Source: Truepera sp.
GTDB taxonomy: Bacteria > Deinococcota > Deinococci > Deinococcales > Trueperaceae
Reading direction: 5' to 3'
DNA: 64,000 nucleotides
Assembly: GCA_965218435.1 (NCBI GenBank)
Contig: CBDCKW010000009.1
Location: forward strand, 608,001 to 672,000
Shown: one piece after another, positions 60,332 through 64,000 of the stretch
How the letters are laid out: each line of letters opens with the position of its first letter
How positions within the stretch are numbered: the stretch's first letter is position 1
The notes under the pieces: generated by a model
The model's database searches: none
What the model saw: the letters and a program-made list of their open reading frames with translations, nothing else
What the model was told of the DNA's origin: nothing
Made by a program: the position numbers and the translations under genes

Positions 60332-61014
60332 TGGCGGAGCAGATTGCCCCGACCCGCTCGAACCTGCTGCAGCGGCGCGACCAGCTCAAACTGGCTAACC
60401 GCGGCGCTGACCTGTTAAAGCGTAAACGCGACGCGCTGATCGGCGAGTTCTTTAGCTTGGTGCAGGAGTCTCTAAAGGCGCGGCGGGCCTTAAACAGCAG
60501 CAGCCGCGAGGCGTACTTTAGCCTCTTTTTAGCCAAAGCGTGGGACGGCCCTGAAGCGGTTGAAAGTCTAAGCCTAGCGGGGGACAAGCAGCTCGAGCTC
60601 GACCTCAAGGTGCAGAACTTGTTCGGCGTCAAAGTGCCGCAGGTGCAGCCGCCTAAATTCGACAGCGAGTTGCCCTTTTCACCGGTCGGGGCAGGCGCAC
60701 GCACGCTCGACGCGGCGTCACAGTTTCGGGCGCTGACCGAAGCACTCGTCCAGGTCGCGGCGACTGAAACACGCCTCCGGCTCGTCGGTGAAGAGATCAA
60801 GAAGACCTCCCGCCGGGTGAACGCCCTGGAGCAGATTGTGATTCCCGGTGTCCAGGCGCAGATTCGGGATATTCGCAGCGTGTTGGACCAGCGGGCGCTC
60901 GAGGAAACCACCGTCTTAAAACGCATTAAGGCCAAACTCGATGCCAGAGAAGCCGCTGAAGCCGAGGAAGACGCCCTCAAAAAACAGGCGTCAATGGCTG
61001 AGACGTCCGCCTGA
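60331..61014 (+). CDS. atpD: V/A-type ATP synthase subunit D
   Basis: PTRSNL, LLKRKRDAL, RRVNALE. Confidence 0.95.
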   Translation: MAEQIAPTRSNLLQRRDQLKLANRGADLLKRKRDALIGEFFSLVQESLKARRALNSSSREAYFSLFLAKAWDGPEAVESLSLAGDKQLELDLKVQNLFGVKVPQVQPPKFDSELPFSPVGAGARTLDAASQFRALTEALVQVAATETRLRLVGEEIKKTSRRVNALEQIVIPGVQAQIRDIRSVLDQRALEETTVLKRIKAKLDAREAAEAEEDALKKQASMAETSA

Positions 61015-61050
61015 ACTTCCGTAAAAACTCCGTCCGTTCTCATCTCTAGT

Positions 61051-61070
61051 CGGCCCCCGTCCGGGGGCCG
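61051..61070 (+). terminator. GC hairpin after ATPase operon
   Basis: CGGCCCCC-GTCC-GGGGGCCG; weak U-tract. Confidence 0.5.
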
Positions 61071-61401
61071 CTGCTCTTATGAAGAGGTTATGAAAGCGGC
61101 TTAGCTAGGCATAATCACTACCGCAAAAAGGGCTTAAGCTCGAGCATTTGGCTCATGGCCGGTTTTAGCAAACTCGTCTCAGAAGCGTATCAGACAGGCT
61201 ATGATGTAGGAAACGGCTTTGTTACCAAGCGTTCTACCTAAGCCTGACACGGTGTCGTATTTGCTAACGCCTGAGCTTTTCTTTCGGCCAATTATGTGCG
61301 CCGGTTTCACAAACTTCTTTACAACGGCTCACGTTAGCAGGTAGTATACAGAGAGCGGGGATCGGCCTCAAGGTAAAAACACTCATCTAAAGGGAGACAC
61401 G

Positions 61402-62418
61402 ATGCGCAAATGGACCTTACTAATTGTTATGGCAACGTTGCTACTAGGCAACGCTTTCGCTCAGGGCGGCAAGCTCGCTGAAGTCAAGCAGCGCGGCGAG
61501 CTGATCTGCGGCGTCAACGACCAGCTGCCGGGGTTTGGCAGTGTCAACGACGCCGGTGAGTTCGTCGGCTTCGACGTGGACTTTTGCCGCGCGATTGCCG
61601 CTGCTGTTCTCGGCGACGCGACGGCTGTTCGCTTTCGCGCCCTCTCCGCCCAAGAGCGGTTTACGGCCGTGCAAACCGGTGAAGTTGATGTGCTGATCCG
61701 CAACACCACCTGGACGAGCAGCCGCGACAGCGACGTCGGCCTAGATTTCGCGCCGGTCAACTTCTTTGACGGCCAAGGCTTTATGGTCCGCGCCGACTCG
61801 GGGATCAACACGCTTCAAGACCTCGAGGGCCTCCGTATCGGCGTGCAGTCCGGGACCACGACCGAACTCAACTTGGCCGACGTGCTAGGTGCGCTTAATG
61901 TCCAGTACGAACCGGTCATCTTCGAGCAAGCTGACCAGCTCGTCCGCGCTTACGACCAGGGTGCGGTTGACGCCTGGACCACCGATAAATCGGGGTTGGC
62001 CAGCTACTTACCGACCCTGCAGGACCCCAGCGCCCACAAAATTTTAGACGCCACCATCTCCAAAGAGCCGCTCGCGCCTTCCGTACTCCAGGGTGACAGC
62101 CAGTGGCACGACGTAGTGAGCTGGGTGCTGTACGCCTTGTTTGACGCTGAAGAGTACGGCATCACCGCCGACAATGCTGCTCAGATGGCCGAATCTTCAA
62201 AGATTCCTGACGTGCAGCGTCTCTTAGGCACCGAACCCGAGCCGGTGCAACAGCTCGGCCTCGAGCCCACGGCGATGCTTACTGCCATTGAAGCCGTCGG
62301 TAACTACGGCGAAATCTATAACCGCAATTTAGGGCCGGATACTCAGTTCAACATTCCGCGCGGTCTTAACGCCGAGTGGAGTGACGGCGGCCTCCTCTAC
62401 GGAATGCCCTTCCGCTAA
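61402..62418 (+). CDS. aapJ: General L-amino acid ABC transporter substrate-binding protein (AapJ/BztA-like)
   Basis: Signal peptide; GFDVDFCRAIAAA, RNTTWT, ISKEPL, VGNYGEIY. Confidence 0.9.
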   Translation: MRKWTLLIVMATLLLGNAFAQGGKLAEVKQRGELICGVNDQLPGFGSVNDAGEFVGFDVDFCRAIAAAVLGDATAVRFRALSAQERFTAVQTGEVDVLIRNTTWTSSRDSDVGLDFAPVNFFDGQGFMVRADSGINTLQDLEGLRIGVQSGTTTELNLADVLGALNVQYEPVIFEQADQLVRAYDQGAVDAWTTDKSGLASYLPTLQDPSAHKILDATISKEPLAPSVLQGDSQWHDVVSWVLYALFDAEEYGITADNAAQMAESSKIPDVQRLLGTEPEPVQQLGLEPTAMLTAIEAVGNYGEIYNRNLGPDTQFNIPRGLNAEWSDGGLLYGMPFR

Positions 62419-62431
62419 GCTTTGCAGCGCC

Positions 62432-62462
62432 ATAGGGGGTGGGCTAACCACCCCCTATTTTT
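62432..62462 (+). terminator. Intra-operon hairpin/terminator after aapJ
   Basis: ATAGGGGGTGG-GCTAA-CCACCCCCTAT-TTTT. Confidence 0.75.
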
Positions 62463-62577
62463 ATTTATCAAACGCAGTATTATCTTAGTAACTAGTCAGC
62501 GCGGCGCACCCACGAATGGGACAGTTTGCGACTAGCCAGCTGACGTTTATCTAATTATTCACTGTGAGGAGGTCGAG

Positions 62578-64000
62578 ATGGCGACGCGAGCGCGTACGTT
62601 ACAAACTCAGTCAGAGCGTATACCCTTTTACCGCAACGTCAAAGTGCTCGGAACGCTGGCGCAGGTGGTCTTTGTCGCTGCGCTCGTGTTGGGTATTTTA
62701 GTGATGTATTTTAACGTCACTTCAGCCCTCGAGCGTTCCCGTATCCCGGCGAGTTTCGGCTTTTTGGATTCGCGTGCCGGAATCCCTATCGGTGAGTCGC
62801 TGATCTCTTACAGCCCCAGTGATACCTTTGCGCGGGCGCTGCTAGTCGGCGTCCTTAACACCCTGCGGGTGGCGCTCGTCGGGGTCGTATTGGCGACGCT
62901 TTTAGGGATTTTAATCGGGGTGATGCGGCTGTCAAAAAACTGGCTGCTGCGCCAAATCGCCCTCGTTTACGTTGAAACCATTCGTAACACCCCCCTTGCG
63001 GTGCAGCTCGTCTTTTGGTTTTATGCGGTGCTGATCCCGCTGCCGCCCCTGATCAGTAATCCGGTTGAACTGCCCTTCGGAGCCTATTTTAGTCAGGTCG
63101 GGCTGGCGCTGCCGTGGCTTTATCCGAGTTACAGCTTTAACGCATGGTTGCCGTGGTTGGGCGGCGCGCTCCTTCTCTATATCGTCTTTTACATCTTTCG
63201 GCGGGTGCAGATACGCCGTTCGGAGCGTCCGGGCAACGCGTGGTTGTGGCCGCTCTTGGCGGCGCTTCTAGTTGCTGGGGTCGGGTTTCCGCTCTCGTCG
63301 CAACCCCTCCCCGAGGGGACCAAAGCGGACTTCAGTCCTGAACGTGGGCGCGGCACGATTTTTGTTGATGCCAACGGTGACGGCGTGCAAGACCGGGGCG
63401 AACGCACGCTCCCTTACGCCAGAGTCGAAGTCAGCGTCCCTCAAGGGGTGCTCGCAGAAAATACGCAGACGATTGTTGAGTCGCGGCGGCGGGTTCAGAG
63501 CACCTTTCGTTTTTCAGCGTTGAAAGAACGCCAATTCAGCAGCGCCGAGGTGACGTTCGCCGACCCCCAAGTGGCGCAGGGTCTCAGTATTTACTACCTC
63601 AATTTTCCTTCGTCCGGGCTTGTCTACCGTGACCGTAACGGCAACGGCGAGTACGACAAAGGTGAAGAGCAAAATATAGAGAACCCTGACAAAGGTGGGT
63701 TTAACGGCGTTCCTCTCCGTCTGACCGTTGAGGGCTTCGAGCAGACCCTGACCGCCGACCGCACCGGACAGTTTCGTCTGCCGCCGTTTCAGTCACAAGC
63801 GCAGCTTGACGCGGCTGACGAGGCGGCTACAGCTGCCGCAAACGCACCCGCAGAAGAGAGCACGACCAGCCGGGGCGGGGACACCTCGAGCCCAGCAGGT
63901 CTGTTCGGCGGTGCGAGCAGCAGTTCGGGGGAGAACACCTCGAGCCCCAGCGACCTCTTTGGCGGTGACAGCAGTGCGGCTACAAACACTGCAAACGCTC
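62578..64000 (+). CDS. aapQ: Amino acid ABC permease (AapQ/BztB-like) with large soluble insertion; 3' truncated by window edge
   Basis: AGGAGG SD, ATG 62578, open to the edge (absent from ORF track); GVLNTLRVA, RLSKNWL, YVETIRNTPLAVQL. Confidence 0.85.
   Translation, partial: MATRARTLQTQSERIPFYRNVKVLGTLAQVVFVAALVLGILVMYFNVTSALERSRIPASFGFLDSRAGIPIGESLISYSPSDTFARALLVGVLNTLRVALVGVVLATLLGILIGVMRLSKNWLLRQIALVYVETIRNTPLAVQLVFWFYAVLIPLPPLISNPVELPFGAYFSQVGLALPWLYPSYSFNAWLPWLGGALLLYIVFYIFRRVQIRRSERPGNAWLWPLLAALLVAGVGFPLSSQPLPEGTKADFSPERGRGTIFVDANGDGVQDRGERTLPYARVEVSVPQGVLAENTQTIVESRRRVQSTFRFSALKERQFSSAEVTFADPQVAQGLSIYYLNFPSSGLVYRDRNGNGEYDKGEEQNIENPDKGGFNGVPLRLTVEGFEQTLTADRTGQFRLPPFQSQAQLDAADEAATAAANAPAEESTTSRGGDTSSPAGLFGGASSSSGENTSSPSDLFGGDSSAATNTANA

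Noticed and set aside
60237..61043. Long antisense ORFs (e.g. 268 aa opposite atpD; also 45543-46247, 17648-18334, 19658-20398)
   Set aside because: Shadow frames of well-supported genes in GC-rich DNA, with no motifs

Overview
64 kb of chromosomal DNA from a moderately GC-rich bacterium, most likely Deinococcota (Truepera-like). The assignment rests on a Thermus-type V/A-ATPase operon and many leaderless genes with a TANNNT -10 box 5-8 nt before the start codon. Housekeeping content: YjgC-type formate dehydrogenase (cut by the left edge), two-subunit B12 acyl-CoA mutase, ygfZ, prfB with its programmed +1 frameshift, cdaA-cdaR-def-fmt-der, adenine deaminase, a split nucleoside ABC transporter, deoD-hbd-crt, a membrane Ser/Thr kinase, a complete V/A-ATPase operon and an aapJ/aapQ-like amino acid ABC transporter (cut by the right edge). 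Small AT-rich insertions carry a GmrSD-like nuclease, a DUF3892-like gene and a candidate HEPN protein; a BrnT/BrnA-like toxin-antitoxin pair is also present. Most notable observations: (1) the palindrome CTCGAG occurs about 125 times by eye versus about 20 expected, and is scarce in the foreign-looking genes, like a highly iterated palindrome; (2) a leaderless 8-codon uORF (MKSPFGPV) plus terminator hairpin precedes a zinc-ribbon gene; (3) an ABC permease carries a large SdrD-B-like Ca-binding insertion; (4) the mutase has isobutyryl-CoA-mutase-type specificity residues. No rRNA, tRNA, CRISPR array or transposase was recognised. All family calls come from motif recognition by eye, not from database searches.
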